Position numbers and translations under genes: made by a program
Notes under the pieces: generated by a model
Database searches by the model: none
Told to the model about the DNA's origin: nothing
What the model saw: only the letters and a program-made list of their open reading frames with translations
Part shown: positions 47,801 through 60,828 of the stretch, one piece after another
Layout: each line of letters starts with the position of its first letter
Position numbering within the stretch: the first letter of the stretch is position 1
DNA from: Podarcis tiliguerta
Lineage: Eukaryota
DNA length: 64,000 nucleotides
Direction: 5' to 3' (one strand)
Assembly (NCBI GenBank): GCA_965153285.1
Contig: OZ229111.1

Positions 47801-49097
47801 ATGCTTTTAATAGGTGCGGATCCTATGGGACTTCAGATGCTGCTGGGCTACAACTTCCCTCATCCCTGTCTACTGGTCAGTAGGCTGATGGGAGTTGGAG
47901 TCCAACAACAATTGATTCCCCCCCCTCCCAATTTAATTAATTATGAACTACCTCTTCCTTCACTATTTTTACTTTTAGTTTTCTAGCATAGCGTTGTATG
48001 GTTTTCTTTCAATAGTTTATCATTCATGGTTTCAATATTTTACTCTGTTCCATATTTTGCCATTCTTCTTGTTAGCTGCCTTGAAAGATTTATTCTGAAT
48101 GATGGAGACAGAAATGTTTTCAGCAGACAAACAAATGGCTAGAGGCTGGTTCCCTGTTGTCAATGCTTAGAATCGGTGCGGCAGTGACTTTAGAAACGGT
48201 CAACAAGCAGGGTAACAACAACACAAATAATCAAAACCATGTAATGACGACAAGCTTACAGACTGTCCTAAAATGTAATGTACCATTTCAGTGATGCTGG
48301 AACCACCTGGAAATCCACATCATTCAGTTTGTTCAGATAATTTTGGGGTTATTTTCCTTCACTGGAACACAGCCTGACTGCTGGCCCTAGAGTGATCAAC
48401 TGTCTCACATTTGAAGGGGTATTTCTTATTCTATAGGACTGTCCTTCATTTCCTTCATTTCTGAGCCTCACAGCTCTTTACTGAAGTAATGAAAATAGAC
48501 TCCAGACGAGCCTCTTTTTATATCTATTAAAAAATAGCTTGATCTGACAAGTGGCCTGCAGTGAAGTAGAGGAGCCAATGAAATAGCTTTATGCTTGGAT
48601 GAGTTGCTGTGAATTGTGTTGAGCCTCAGAAATGGAATTCATTTTAATTGTTATGCTTTTCCTAAGCCACTGGAATCTACTTGCTCGTTTCCAACTCAGT
48701 GAAACGAAAAAGGTCCAAATAGTTGTGAGACCTATATATAACTGCAACATCAGTTCTCTGCACTTGTATTTTATAATATTTCTTGATTTCCACATAGGAA
48801 TCCTACAGGTTTGAAAGAATGCTGCTATAGGCAACATACCATGAGAAAGGGTGGGGTGCTGGGGTGGAGAAGCCTGGGTGTGCCTTGGCTTCTCTGATAC
48901 ATTGCTAACAAGACACAATTAAGCTTGAAATGCATGAATAGTAATTATAATATATTTGTCTAACAAATACATCATCAATGACGTTGATGCACAGTAGATC
49001 AAGTGGTTAGGTGATATCGGTTGAAGCAGCGTATCAAGTATTGCAATTCCACCGAGAAAGGGACAGGGAATTGCATTATCTTATTTACATGAAAAGT

Positions 49098-49430
49098 AAG
49101 TAGCTCAGTGGTAGAGTCACAGTTTTACACACAGAAGGTGCCAGTTTCAATCCTTGGCATCTCCAAGAAGGGCTGTAAATGTCCTCCGCCTGAAATCCTG
49201 GGAAGTCACTGCCAGTCACTGTAGACCAGGCTTCCTCAAACTCGGCCCTCCAGATGTTTTCAGCCTACAACTCCCATGATCCCTAGCTAGCAGGACCAGT
49301 GGTCAGGGATGCTGGGAATTGTAGTCTCAAAACATCCGGAGGGCCGAGGTTGAGGAAGCCTGCTGTAGACAGTACTGACCCAGTGGGACCAATGGCCTGA
49401 CTCAGAATATGTCAGCTTCCTGTGTTCCTA
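49098..49430 (+). mobile_element. tRNA-derived squamate SINE (Squam3-like) interrupted by a MITE
   Basis: A box tagctcagtggtagag, B-box-like gtttcaatcc, tail cagcttcctgtgttccta; relatives on the - strand at about 37545-37645 and 53193-53416. Confidence 0.7.
49227..49362. mobile_element. hAT hairpin MITE (136 bp)
   Basis: TIRs caggcttcctcaaactcggccctcc / ggagggccgaggttgaggaagcctg; exact 8-bp TSD ctgtagac. Confidence 0.92.
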
Positions 49431-52316
49431 GTAATTAGTAGTAATATCTAAGCATTATCATTAAGTTAGTTAGTGATAATAGCTTAATTAAAAATAGTTT
49501 AAAGTTTAATAATAGTTAATTTAGGCTTATAGCTCTTATAGAAGTAGAGAGTGAAAAATAATCTCTGCCTACATTGCATTATTTTAAAAACAGAACTCCA
49601 GAAAGAGGACACTGCTTATCACTGAAGCAACATGTGTATTGCTAACTTTTCATAGCCAAAAGCCTATTTCATCAAAGGCACAAAGTGGACAATAAAAAAA
49701 TAATATTTTTTTGGCTCAACATGCACGTTGTATTGAATTATATTAAAGACTCAGACTAGCCTCTGCCAACCTGGTGCTCTCCAGATATTGTTGCCTACAA
49801 ATCCCATCAGGCTGTGCTGGCTGGGGCTGATGGGCCTTGTAGTCCAACACCATCTGGAAGGCTCCAGGTTGGTAAAGTCTGACTTAGAACATTTTGAATC
49901 ATTTCTTTCTACATTTCTCTTTGTTCAAATTTCCGGTCCCTTATCAATTTGGTAGTAGGCAGATTCAGACTTTCTTTTTTACTGGCTTTTGACTATGTAT
50001 TGGGAATCAAATGGCCACAGACTGAAGAGGCCCAGTGCATTAAGGTTTCTGTGGTTTGTTAGACATGCTAGGCTACAGTTTCTTCAGCAAGTGTTGGCTG
50101 TGAATCCAACATACACCTGCTTCACACAACCTCCTGCCATTCAATCCCCACTCTATGGTGCCTGAAAAAATGTTATTGTCGGAAACTATTTATCTGAATC
50201 CAATCAATGAGCCTTAAATTCCACACATGGAAGTAAAATAACAGCCATGTGCTTATAGTAAAACCACTACCAAAAGAAAACAACATAGGCATAGAAAAAA
50301 ATAACCAACTGACCTGTGGTGTTACTATGTATAATTGTCTCTTTGGTAACTCGATAAGTAAGCGCTATTCGGTTGGTCTTGCTATTTCAGAGATGAACTT
50401 CCTGAAAGAAAAGAGAGAACTGTGAATGGCCAAGGAATAATTCTTTGCTAGAGCAGGGATAACTGGGTGTGTATCTCATGCAGGATGTCACTGTGCATCC
50501 TGAGTTGGGTGTGTGACAAATCATAACTCTGTGTCGAGTAATCTGAGATCAGCTGTTGTAGGCAACCACCTGACTCACAGCAGCTGGTGCAGTTTCAGTT
50601 CACCATGATCTGAGTGGGCAAGACTGTTGTGATTTTGCTGTCATTGGGAGCACAGGGCATGAGAGCAGGGGTGGGGTGGAGGGAGAGAGACTAAAGCTAT
50701 CTAGCAACTGCTGTGGGCCTGGCTCTGAGTGCTCTCCACTGCCATCCCTGTTGCTTTCAGTGGCAATCTAAAACTGGCTCATGGGAACCAGCAGTTACAG
50801 TGCTTGAGGCTGATTGTATGCAAATAACTGGCTGGGTGTTGCCAGTCACAAGGAAAAGTTGGTAAGTGCCCTTGCCTTTCAAGAAAGCCATTTTCAATGG
50901 GAATTGTTTGGGGAAAATATGTTCTTTTTTCTGGTGTTATGGGCATGGAGTCACACCACAGTGACGCAGACTCTAAGCAAGAAGACAGACAACGGAAAGT
51001 GAATACCGATAGTGTGGGGGAAGAGGAGAGAAGGAGTAGCCTCAGGTTCTGCAAGACTGGCCACAGTCTGCCCGTGGTCATGGGGCACTGACCATTTTCT
51101 TCCTAAGAACAAGTCCCCACTGCTATTTAGTGCCCGAGATTCTTGAGGTCTGAGCCTCAGGAGACCAGTCAGCTGACAATATCAGGAGTATCGATCCAAT
51201 TTAAGTGAAGAAAATTTCATTACATTACAGAACCACTGAGCTAGCAACTCTAGGAACTCCCAGACACTGGATTAGCATTAATGCACACCACATCATGTGC
51301 AGCCAGCCAATAATAGCTTTATATCCCTTCTAAGACACAAAAGCTCTTAGGAGATATCAAAGAAGGAAATGCAAATGGGGTGGCAGGAGATTGTGGTTTT
51401 GTTTGCATCTAGTCTTCCTAACACGCCAAATGTTGAGAACTGGATAAAATGACACATAAGGGCAGCACGTTCTTGCATGTCTCTTTTACAGTGAAAGGCT
51501 GGGAGGTACCTAGTTATTAGCTGTTACAATGATACTGAGTTTATTTCCTGTTTTCAGTGCCTTAGGAGATGGCATGCAAATATATCTTCTGACTCTACTG
51601 CTACCACACATTCATGTCCAGATCATATGGGGAAATTGGGAAGAGTGGCTGTCAGAGATGTGCTCCTAAGAGAAAGTATAGTGGGCCATGCTATTTTTCC
51701 AGAGAAATAGGTGCCAGAAGTCACCACGAACACCATCCTCGTTCTCTTAGAATAGCAATGGTGCCTACCTGAGAGGTGCCAGAACTGAATTCCAGCGAGT
51801 TTTGTCTGGGGAAAAGCCCTGATAATGGACCTAGAGAGGAAGAAGCTTTGTGTGCTTCAGCAGTTTCATGCATTCAAATTCAGTATGGGCGAACTTTTTA
51901 ACTGAAATTTCTAAACCAACTTTCAAACAAAAAGAAAACACCACAAACACAAGGCCCATTATCAGGGCTTTTTCCCAGCCAGAACTCGCTGGAACTCAGC
52001 AGTGAAACAAATGGAAAACATCTTAAAAGAAAAACTCTGGTCCACAGAATTCATTTAAATCCCATGACTTCCTCAAAAAACTCATGAGAACTGTAGCTTA
52101 AGCCTAAGCTTTCACAGGTGGGGTATCCAGAGAAGAGCCATGGATGCAGATCTTAACATCCAGGAGACTGGTTTGTGAGTCCTTTTAGTCCCAGGTCCCA
52201 GGCTATGCATGGCTTTAAATATTATAATCAGCTCTTTGAATTGTGTCCAGAAACATAGAAAGCCAGTAAAGCTGAGGAGGCATGTTTTGACTGGCCAGTT
52301 CCAGTCACTACTCCTG

Positions 52317-52487
52317 TAAGGTAAGGTAAAGGACCCCTGGATGGTTAAGTCCAGTCAAAGGCGACTAAGGGATGTGGTGCTCATCTTGCTGTCCACAGAC
52401 AGTCATGTGGTCAGCATGACTAAGCCACTTCTGGAGCAATGCAACACTGTGGTGGAAGCCAGAGTGCATGGAAACGCTGTTTACTCC
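52317..52487 (-). mobile_element. 5'-truncated older Sauria SINE
   Basis: aaggtaaggtaaaggacccc tail and tggtcagcatgactaagccacttctgg match the reverse complement of the 9545 and 56802 copies. Confidence 0.75.
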
Positions 52488-52749
52488 TCCTGTGGCTGTA
52501 TTCTGGCACCAATTGCAGCAGTAGTTTTCAAAAAGACAGACCCATTTACAACATGGGTTCCATTGAACATTTCTTTTTAGAAATGGTTTGCCTTATGCAG
52601 AGTGTTATGTGACTTCCCTCTCCCAAATTGCGAGGGCTAGGGGATAAATTTGGGAGGTATTTTTGGAGGGGATACGGCATTTACCATGTAGTGACAGCTG
52701 CCTCTAATTTTGCTGCTTCCTCCTTGAAGCCAGGAGCAGTGTACCTGTA

Positions 52750-52868
52750 GCCCTCCAGATATTTTTAAGACTACAATTCCCATCATCCCTGACCACTTGT
52801 CCTGCTAGCTAGGGATCATGGGAGTTGTAGGCCAAAAACATCTGGAGGGCTGAGGTTGAGGAAGCCTG
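52750..52868. mobile_element. hAT hairpin MITE, one end truncated
   Basis: Near-identical to the reverse complement of 49227-49362. Confidence 0.8.
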
Positions 52869-55800
52869 GTGTAGCCTTTCCAATGTTGCTAGACTCCAAC
52901 TCCTAGGGGCAAATAGGAGTCCAACAACTTCCAGAGCAACAGGGGTCACCCATCCTTGTTTTAAACTGTTTAAAAGTTGCCCTCTCTTGTTGGTGACTTA
53001 AGGCATAGGAGGAGGAGGGATTCTGACTGCTGTAAACATGTGAACGATTCTAGCTCTTCATGCCACAGATACCGCCTGGACTTCCCAGGTAATGGAGAGA
53101 TCCAACAGTCCTTCCCAATTGCAAACTTGATTTTTAAGGGGAAATACAACACCGTCCAGAAGAGGAAACCCCACCTCATTGATCAGTAATACAGGAAGTT
53201 GTCTTAGACTATTTGTTCATCTGCCTGGCCTGACTGGGGAACCTGTGCCCCTCGCTGATGTCCATGAACTCCCATCAGATCCAGCCAATATGGCCAAAGG
53301 CAAGGATTCGTGGGAGATGTACTTGAGCAAGACATCTCATCCTTTTAACTAGAGATGCTAGGAACTGAGCCTAAGACCTTCTGCCTGTGCTCTGTCCCTG
53401 AGCTATAGTCACTCCCATAAAGCCAGCTAACAACAATACACCTGCCTATCTGTCTAATAAATTGAGCTTCAGTTTATGAGCCCTAATCCAGTCCCTGGCA
53501 CCAGACATCTCTTTAGCACATTTACCACTTGAACTGCATTAGATTAAAAGGAGAGAGACAGCTGGATGTCTTCATTATACAGAGGATGATGGAGACACAC
53601 CCCTTTACCCTGGCTTACAACACCTGAGATGTATATTTTTAGGAGCCACCTCATTTGTTTTAATGTTAGTTGGGATGGGGGGCTCTTTGTAATTGTGTTT
53701 ATACACTGAGAATCAATAAAACTTCTTATATTAATGTTGTGACCCCCATTGGCACCTTAAGGTGTAGGGCAGGCAAGACCGGAAGGAAGAGCAGAGGAAG
53801 AGGAAGAAGAGAAGATTTGTAAAAATTCTCAGAGATACCAAGAAATGTGTCATGATAAGTGTGGAATCAGACCATGGACAAAAGGTAACCTGGACAAAAC
53901 GTCTCATCTTTTCCTTTGAAGTACTCATTGAACTGTTGATTTATGGTAAATCTACATTACATATTTAAACTAGGTTTAAAAGAGGTTTAGTTGTAGGTAG
54001 TAGAAATTGTTTGCTAAAGATCACTGCCCTATTTCTCCCAGAACTACAATTCCCATAGTCTCTTGCTTGAGAGCATTTAGCATTAAACAGATTTAAAGTT
54101 CAGTTAAATGTGAACTGCTATCTTATAGTGGTTGTGAACTATCCATTAATTAGAAACCAGAACAGGTGGATTTGAAACCTTTCTTAACCACACAATGAGA
54201 AATCATATTTCATATATAACACAAAAATCACCAGCCAAGTAAGGTTTACTACATATAGCCAGACAGTAAAATTCTAAAACTTTGATCAGGTTAGACAGAA
54301 CACCAAACAAATCACTTACCAGCAAAATATTCTTGGTTTCAAGCAGTGTGTTCTCAGCTAACCACAGCAAAATTAACAGTTTGCTGAAATAGTAACAAAG
54401 AAGGATAACAAAATTCATGGAAGACAACACCTCTCTGTATTCTCAGGAACAAGACTTTCTAGTTAGTTTAGCTATGCTCCTCCCTCCTGCTACAAAACAT
54501 CCTATAAGGTTGGATTGTTACTCATTGAGTTCATTACTAATTGCAAAAGCTATACGCTAATGGCTCATGCTAATTGTATTTAAACTTAGAGGTTTCATAA
54601 TGTGTTGACACATTGCAACAACCCATTCCTGCTTGCATTCAGAGTGATCTTGCACAAGAAAATGTGACTTCCTCCAAAAAATTTTACTCAGAAGCTAAAG
54701 TCCACATCTGAGACATTTTTAAATGAACTGAACTGGAGTTCAGGGGTTTGTACAAGGCTAATTCTGATCCTTCTGTTGTCTGGAAATGCAGACACTAGAA
54801 GATATTTCCCATCTGTCTAAAATCAATCTCAGATCAGATATTTACATAATTGTTTAAAAGTTTGTTTGAGAATGCTTTTCTTTGCAGCTGGTAAAGAAGA
54901 TTGTATTTAGAGCACAACCTGTTCTCCTCCTGAAGCCAGGAGGAAGTTGGGAGCCTTTTGAGGCTGCATTTCATATCAGGCAACATTAATAAGAGTCCTT
55001 CTTTGTCTCTCCCTCAGCATCAGGAGAATATTCAGGACCAGGGTCGGCCTGAGACATTTTGGCACCTAAGGAGAACCACAAAATGACACACACCTACACA
55101 CCCTGCCAGGGAAGAAGGGGTGAGATCTACGTTTTGATCTGCTGCCCCTGTGGATCTTGCTGCCTGAGGCAGTTGCCTCATCTTGCCTCATAGGTGGGCC
55201 AGCCCAGGACAATTTGATGTCAAAATTGGGTACTGCATTCTAGTCCAGCATATTGCTCCATGCTGAGTCTCATTCTCTGTGACAAACACAATTACTTCAA
55301 AGGCTTCAGTGTTTACAACATTCCGTGGTTTGCAACTTCAAAACAGCAGGTTGCAACTTTGGCCAATTATCTATCATGTGTGTCAAGTTTATGCAACGTG
55401 CCCTTAATTGGGAGACGCCTTTTAACAAAATAGGCAGGGTTACAGATAGCAGACATCTTTACCACAAGGGCATTTATCCACAACTTTGGGGGATTTTGCT
55501 CCATACCAGTATTTACTTGCAAAATTTCTACCCTGCCCTCCCTCCAAAAGGAACCCAAGCTTGATCTAGACATATCAAAGAAGTGTTTCAGTTAAACACG
55601 GTGTATACTTTGTATGAGAAATTGGGTTGGCAAAAACAGAACTCCACAGTGCCATCTGGTATCACTGTGTTATAATGCATATGCACCACATATAAAGTGC
55701 TTTTTCTTTGCCAGTATAGCTGAGTTCTCAATCAAATTACAGGGAATTTGTCCATTTTACTTTCTTTGCCTAAAATATTTATAAAACACCTTTCATTGTA

Positions 55801-56801
55801 CAATCAATGCAATAAAACAATCAGATATTTAGAACAGATAAAATCACTGATACCTAGGAATACCAATAGTCCAAAAATCTGCTTGGGAAAACCCTCATGA
55901 ATACTTGTATCTTCATCAACAGGTGGGGAACCATCACCACAAGTTCCCACCATATCTCTAGGGCAGTCTTTGCCAGACTGATGCCCCCCAGAAGCTTGGA
56001 ACTACAAAACCCATTAGGACACCAGGTTGGCAAAGGCTGCCTTATCTTTTGACCTCTGTTCATTTCTACGGTCCCATAGTGTGCTTATCACTTGATTTGC
56101 ACTCTTTTGGCACATGACTAGAGTGGGTGCATTTTGCTTATCTCATATTGAGACAGGTGGAAGAATCCTGCCTGGTTTTGTATGACACTGTCAACAGAGG
56201 AATAGGCAGATGAGACCTCAGAAACAGAGCTACACACATACACACCAAGCATGGGGGCTGGAAGAAGAGGGGATGGGGAGATTGGGGGACATTTGCTATC
56301 AGCTACTTACCATACTGCTTTTCTTTTGATCCTTTGCTTGTAAAACTGAAAAACCTACACACACCTCAGCCTCTTAGACTCAGCTGCTTCTACCAGAGGC
56401 CTGATGTTAGTCAGTAGCTCTCTCTGCTCTTCCTCTTCCTGCCAGCTTCCTCTCTCACTCTTACCTCCCTTCTGCTGCTGCCCATATACGGCTGACATAC
56501 CATGGGTAAACACTCAGTGCCTTGAAAATACATGGGGTGGGCTTGAAGACAGCATAGATACACCTGGAAGAGAAAAATTCAATATTTCGTTTAATGTTGA
56601 TATTAAATGACCTTTTCAACCTCTTTTTAATATTCAGTAATTCCATCACTGAAATACTCTCTGTTTTATTCTGCAGGGTGTTCAGTGCAGCATGCCCCAT
56701 TTCAAGCATTCTACACAGGCTTCAACTTTAGTGATGTGGTTACCAAAAACACAGTGTATACCTAAGTTATTAACAGTACTGTATGTACTGTATCGTATGT
56801 A

Positions 56802-57149
56802 GGGATGTGGGTGGCGCTGTGGGTTAAACCACAGAGCCTAGGACTTCCCGATCAGAAGGTCGGCGGTTCGAATCCCCACGACGGGGTGAGCTCCCGTTGC
56901 TCGGTCCCTGCTCCTGCCCACCTAGCAGTTCGAAAGCACCTCAAAGTGCAAGTAGATAAATAGGTACCGCTCCGACGGGAAGGTAAATGGCATTTCCATG
57001 CGCTGCTCTGGTTCGCCAGAAGCAGCTTAGTCATGCTGGCCACATGACCCAGAAGCTGTACACCGGCTCCCTTGGGCAATAAAGCGAGATGAGCGCCGCA
57101 ACCCCAGAGTCGGTCATAACTGGACCTAATGGTCAGGGGTCCCTTTACC
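56802..57149 (+). mobile_element. Sauria SINE, full length, young
   Basis: A box tggcgctgtgg, B box ggttcgaatcc, tail ccctttacc; 17-bp TSD gtactgtatcgtatgta (56785-56801) / gtactatatcgtatgta (57150-57166). Confidence 0.94.
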
Positions 57150-57371
57150 GTACTATATCGTATGTATGCCTGACACATTAAGGAAAATCAGTTGGATAAC
57201 AAATTTGTATAATTTAGTAGTTTAGTAGTTTGGAAAATTGGAGAAAATCTTACCTTTATTTCTTCCATTTTTTCATAGTTTTGTTTTATCTTTTTTCTCT
57301 TTATTATGTTATATTTTATATCTTTGCATGAAGTTACTCATTAAAAATACTTTAAAGATATGAAGGTTATA

Positions 57372-57786
57372 CCGTATTTTCTGTGTATAACACGCCCCGT
57401 GTATAAGACTCCTATTTTGGGGGACCCCAAATTAAGAAAATGGGGGGAGATGAGAGTTGTTGAGCCCAGAGTTGTTCAGCTTTTTTGGGGGGGGGGGATT
57501 GCCAACAATCTCTCAGCTGCCTGATGACCGCCACTGCCAATTGCACACCTCGCCTAAGTCAATGATCGTCTGCCCAGCCAATAGCACACCCAAATGCTGC
57601 ATCAGCAGCCAATCGCCAGCAGGCCTTGCTACAGCCACTAACTCCCCCCAATCACCACTGACAATCTCCTGCTCGCGGCTGCCACCAATTGCCCATCCCT
57701 CCTCTGCACTATCCATGTATAAGACGACCCCCAATTGTTTAAATTTTTTATAATAAAAAAACAGTCTTATACATGGAAAAATTCGG
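57372..57786. mobile_element. Tc2/pogo-like MITE
   Basis: TA|ccgtattttctgtgtataa ... ttatacatggaaaaattcgg|TA; internal short gccaatcgcc-like repeats. Confidence 0.75.
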
Positions 57787-59680
57787 TATTTTCTTTTTAG
57801 AATGCAGGGCTCTTCAAACATTCTGCTAGCAGTGCCATCGTTTTGCTGTTCTGCTTCCAAGAGCTACAAACCATTGCCCTACTAATATTCAAAAAGATGG
57901 CTAGCGTCCATAGACAATTTTTATAGTGCCATGAGCCAACATGGAGAGATTGGTTTCCATTATTTGCACTGCTTAATCTGCATAGCTGCAGGTATTCTCA
58001 GTGCTCCATTTTACCAGCCCTGCGGCACCAGACTTCTGGTACTCAGATTCAGTAATGGGCTGTTGGATTCAGAAAGTAAAGGCTATCAAGTAGAGACTTT
58101 GTCACATAAAAACGAGAGATTGAGAATCAGATTACATACCTGAGAACAACACAATTGCCCAAATGTTATATTTAATCAGGGAGAGCAAAATATTTTAAGG
58201 CATAGAAGAAATATGAATATTTCTTATACTTACACCAAGACTGCTAAAGCGAAGACAGATGGCAGGAAAGAACCCAAACAGGAAAAGGAGACTAGCTAAA
58301 AAGAAGAACAGAGACTGGTAAGGCAAAAATAGAATAGCTAAAGGCAGTGCTTTTTATATAGAAAAAATGGTGCTGGTAATCGCCATGAAGTTGTTACAGT
58401 AAGTGCCACACTTTTAACATTAAAAAAGGTGCTGGTACTGCATACCTTTGAGTACCCTCAGAAAAATGTACTGGCTAAATTCATTCATTCATTCAGCCTT
58501 CATTGTCATAATTTAGACAATAAAATCATAAAAGAGGAGGGACATCCCGACCCAATTTTATTTCATTTACCTAGGAACAGGAGTTTTGCAAAATCCCAGT
58601 GTCATATGCGCTCTTATGGAATGGGAAGCAAAATCAGTTCCTTATTCCAGAGGATTTGTTGGAAAGGCAGCAAAACGTCATCTGCAGGAACTAGGCTCCT
58701 GTGGACAGACCAGAATAATAACAATGTCTTTTGTTTTGCATATTGACCTTTTTGCAAATTAATTTTTAAGATTTTTTTGTATGTTTGACAATTCAATAGA
58801 GCGTTTTTAGAGACAACTTTCTGCTTCGTTCCTTTAATTCCACCAAACTCTGCCAATAAAGGCGGGTCTCAAATTTCAGTTGTGCCCTTTGTGATGCCAA
58901 AATTTGTTCCCCTTTCCATTCTACATAACAGTTGTGGATCCCTCTGCAGCGCCACCAAGGCTTCACGCCCAAACTGGTTGTGCTCCCCTAAATCTGCCTC
59001 TGTTGCTGGAGTGCTATTCTCAAAGTCATTCTTCACATGTTAGAGCATTACAATTGAGCCAGTAACCTTTATGTTGAGTACCCCACATACTGAGCCATTC
59101 ATGGGTGGCAGGCAGCTTTGGGACAGTTCGTTAACATTCATGCAGTGAGAATTTAGAGGATATACCTGGTGCCCTCTGGACAACAACTCTCATCCGCCTC
59201 AACCAGAATGACTGTTGGCCCATGCTGATGGGAAGTGTAGTCCTCACCTGGAGGACCAGGTTGGTGAAGCAATGAAAAGGTTCTCCTAAAGCAGGGATGG
59301 AGTAACCTGTAGCCCTCCAGATCTCGTTGGACTCCAATTCCCATCAAGGAATGAGGGGTGGACTGTGGCCCAACATCATCTAGAGGGAAGCAGGTTCTCT
59401 ACCCATGTTCTGAAGCAGGATTCTGTGTCATCATCATCATTATCATCACCATCATCATTATTATTAATAATAATAATGGCATTTTTATCCCAGCATTTCT
59501 CTGAGGAGTTGGGGCAGGATACATGGTCCTCTTCCCACCATTTCATTTATTATGTTTTCAGAAATTATACATAGGAAGTAGACTGAATAATAAAGCGTGT
59601 CCAATACTTGCTTATAAAAAGTGGAACATTATGCCAACTTGCCCTTCTATTAAGCCTCAATGTAGATATTGAGGAGTAGA

Positions 59681-59812
59681 TAAGGTTACCAGATGTCCCC
59701 GTTTCCCGGGGACAGTCCCTGGATTTGTAAATCAGCCCCCTGATAAAATCCATCTATTTAGTAGGAAGTTGAAAAGTGTCCCCGGATTCATTGAAAAGAA
59801 TATGGTAACCTG
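59681..59812. mobile_element. hAT (Blackjack-like) MITE
   Basis: Termini aggttaccaga / tatggtaacct; repeated gtcccc/gggac subterminal motifs; similar element at about 46700-46840. Confidence 0.6.
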
Positions 59813-60567
59813 AGAGTAGCATCAATTAAATATCTTCAGGAGAAAGAAGCCTAATTTCTTCCCTGTGGCTGCAGTGAAAGCTACATCTGCTTCTACAATA
59901 CAAGCTTATAAAAGACACCACGTAAAAGAAAAAGAAGAAGGCCTCTTTGGTTGTCTGACTGTATTCCACTTCCTGAAGGACTGAGGTATTTTGTGAAGAA
60001 TTATCACCACCTTGTGGCCTAGTGTTGCATATAATCTTTTCATGACGAGGAATATGTTGAACAGTGTTTCTTTTATATAATGCTAAACCTTCCATGTAAC
60101 TTTTACCTGGCAGGTGTTTTTTTTAAAGTAACCAAAAGCATTCCCAGAGGGCAAAACTGCAAATGATAGCCGAGATGTGTGAATGAATCATCCCCCTTTT
60201 ATATTCTCCCCCTCCAAATAGAAAATGGAGGAGGGCTAAATCTGGATTTGGATCACAGCACAGAGATGTGTGCCTTTTAGACTTTTCTCTTATGAAAATT
60301 TCCACCTGAGACCGCTGTTTGCCTATAAATCTACACAGGTAGTTTTATTTTGTTTTTTTTAAACAAAACAAAACAAAACAAAAACACCAGGGCAAATAGT
60401 GGCTCTCGGTGTGAGATTTTCATTAGGAAAATGGGGCAGGGGCAGGGAGGGGGGTTAACATCTTTACCTCAGACCACACTTCTGATTCAGCTCATGCCCC
60501 CACTCCCAGCTGCTATTTGGGAGTGAGAGATTAGGGACACATGAATGCATCTCTGTTATCACATCTA

Positions 60568-60828
60568 CCGTATTTTTTGCTCTATAAGACTCACTTTTTC
60601 CCTCCTAAAAAGTAAGGGGAAATGTGTGTGTGCGTCTTATGGAGCGAATGCAGGCTGCGCAGCTATCCCAGAAGCCAGAACAGCAAGAGGGATTGCTGCT
60701 TTCACTGCGCAGTGATCCCTCTTGCTGTTCTGGCTTCTGAGATTCAGAATATTTTTCTTCTTGTTTTCCTCCTCCAAAAACTAGGTGCGTTTTGTGGTCT
60801 GGTGCGTCTTATAGAGCGAAAAATACGG
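60568..60828. mobile_element. Tc2/pogo-like MITE related to 10911-11696, single internal hairpin
   Basis: TA|ccgtattttttgctctataagac ... gtcttatagagcgaaaaatacgg|TA; internal 25-bp inverted repeat cagaagccagaacagcaagagggat / atccctcttgctgttctggcttctg. Confidence 0.88.

Noticed and set aside
53890-53951. Possible additional minus-strand exon (FTINQQFNEYFKGKDETFCP)
   Set aside because: Weak acceptor tract and weak donor (gttacc); it could not be joined in frame to upstream candidates.
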